A stretch of DNA of 64,000 nt from Vicugna vicugna (taxonomy: Eukaryota), in assembly GCA_013265495.1 (NCBI GenBank), contig MU058000.1, positions 1,240,001-1,304,000 on the forward strand. Direction: 5' to 3'. Both the position numbers and the translations under genes were made by a program. A model generated the notes under the pieces. That model worked only from the letters and a program-made list of their open reading frames with translations. It did not search any database and had not been told where the DNA came from. Within the stretch, counting starts at the first letter, position 1; each line of letters opens with the position of its first letter. Shown here piece after piece: positions 63,130 through 64,000 of this stretch.

Positions 63130-64000
63130 AGAAAATGACGGCTGTTTTCTTGTCCTGAGTAACTTCTGTCATTATCAACAGCTGTAGTAATATTAACTTT
63201 GATGTCTATGTTTACCTTACATGAATTATAAAAATATAAATAAGTGGATGGTAGGAGCTTGAATTTTTATAGCTTTTTGTTTTTTAAATTGTTTATGCAG
63301 CCAATGATAAGAAGAAAATATAAGTATGTTTAATAATATACAAAAAACCTAATTTGCTTAACAGACTCTTTTAATTAGCATTTCTCTTGAGAAGAAGTTA
63401 TATGTAAAGCTACTGTTGTAATTTTTCCTAGATAAGAAGTCTAAAAACTTTATAGATACGCCTCCTAAATCTAAGATAGTTAAATTTATATTCTAAACCT
63501 CAAACTTTATACACTGTGAATCTTTTGTTACAAAGATTTAGTGCTATCTCCCACACCAATAAGTCCTGCACAGAGGCTTTTTATTATTATTTTTAAAATC
63601 TGAAATATTCTTTCTTACTCCAAGCATTTGTTGTCTTAGCTGATTCCTACATATCTTTCTAATTCTAGTTTAGCTAGTGCTTCTTACAGGAGGCCCTTTT
63701 GGACCTTCTGATTTAGGTTATGTATACTAACCTCCTATGTATTCCTGTTACTTCTTAAACTTTCCCTTTTCAAAACAAAATGTATATCAGTTAGATATGC
63801 AGATTTCAGGTTACAATTAATCTGTAGGATTTCTTCTGATACCAACTCTTCTATAGATAACAACTTAAACTTTAGACAAGATACGAGAAAACAATGACCT
63901 GAAGGCACTGAAGAGTAAAAGAAGCAGCCATGCTCTAGTGGGGACTTGAAATCTGTAAGAATGGACCAGAGCCAGTTGAGTTTCTTGTCTGTATCCTATT

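Noticed and set aside
1..64000. CRISPR array, operon or other prokaryote/phage-type system
   Set aside because: No regularly spaced repeats or long ORFs; the repeat content is clearly that of a eutherian genome

Overview
Mammalian non-coding genomic DNA, most likely camelid (camel/alpaca). The evidence is a Vic-1-type tRNA-derived SINE at ~62.98 kb and camelid-type L1 3' UTRs. The window is AT-rich, CpG-depleted and dominated by interspersed repeats: L1, L2, MIR, MaLR/ERVL/ERV1 LTRs, hAT and Tigger DNA transposons, and an ERVL integrase/dUTPase remnant. I cannot identify any intact host protein-coding gene, RNA gene or prokaryote-type system. All recognisable ORFs are transposon fragments, and the region looks intronic or intergenic. 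The points worth following up are modest: (i) small patches where ancient MIRs have gained CpGs and A/T->G/C changes, as expected from GC-biased gene conversion or hypomethylation; (ii) a few unassigned candidate exons on the + strand, including an MGNSSSAPK|GTAAGT myristoylation-like micro-exon; (iii) a template-switch scar and a possible 3' transduction in young L1s; (iv) a strong CTCF motif and several nested insertions with target-site duplications. Repeat subfamily names and boundaries come from recalled consensus sequences and are approximate.
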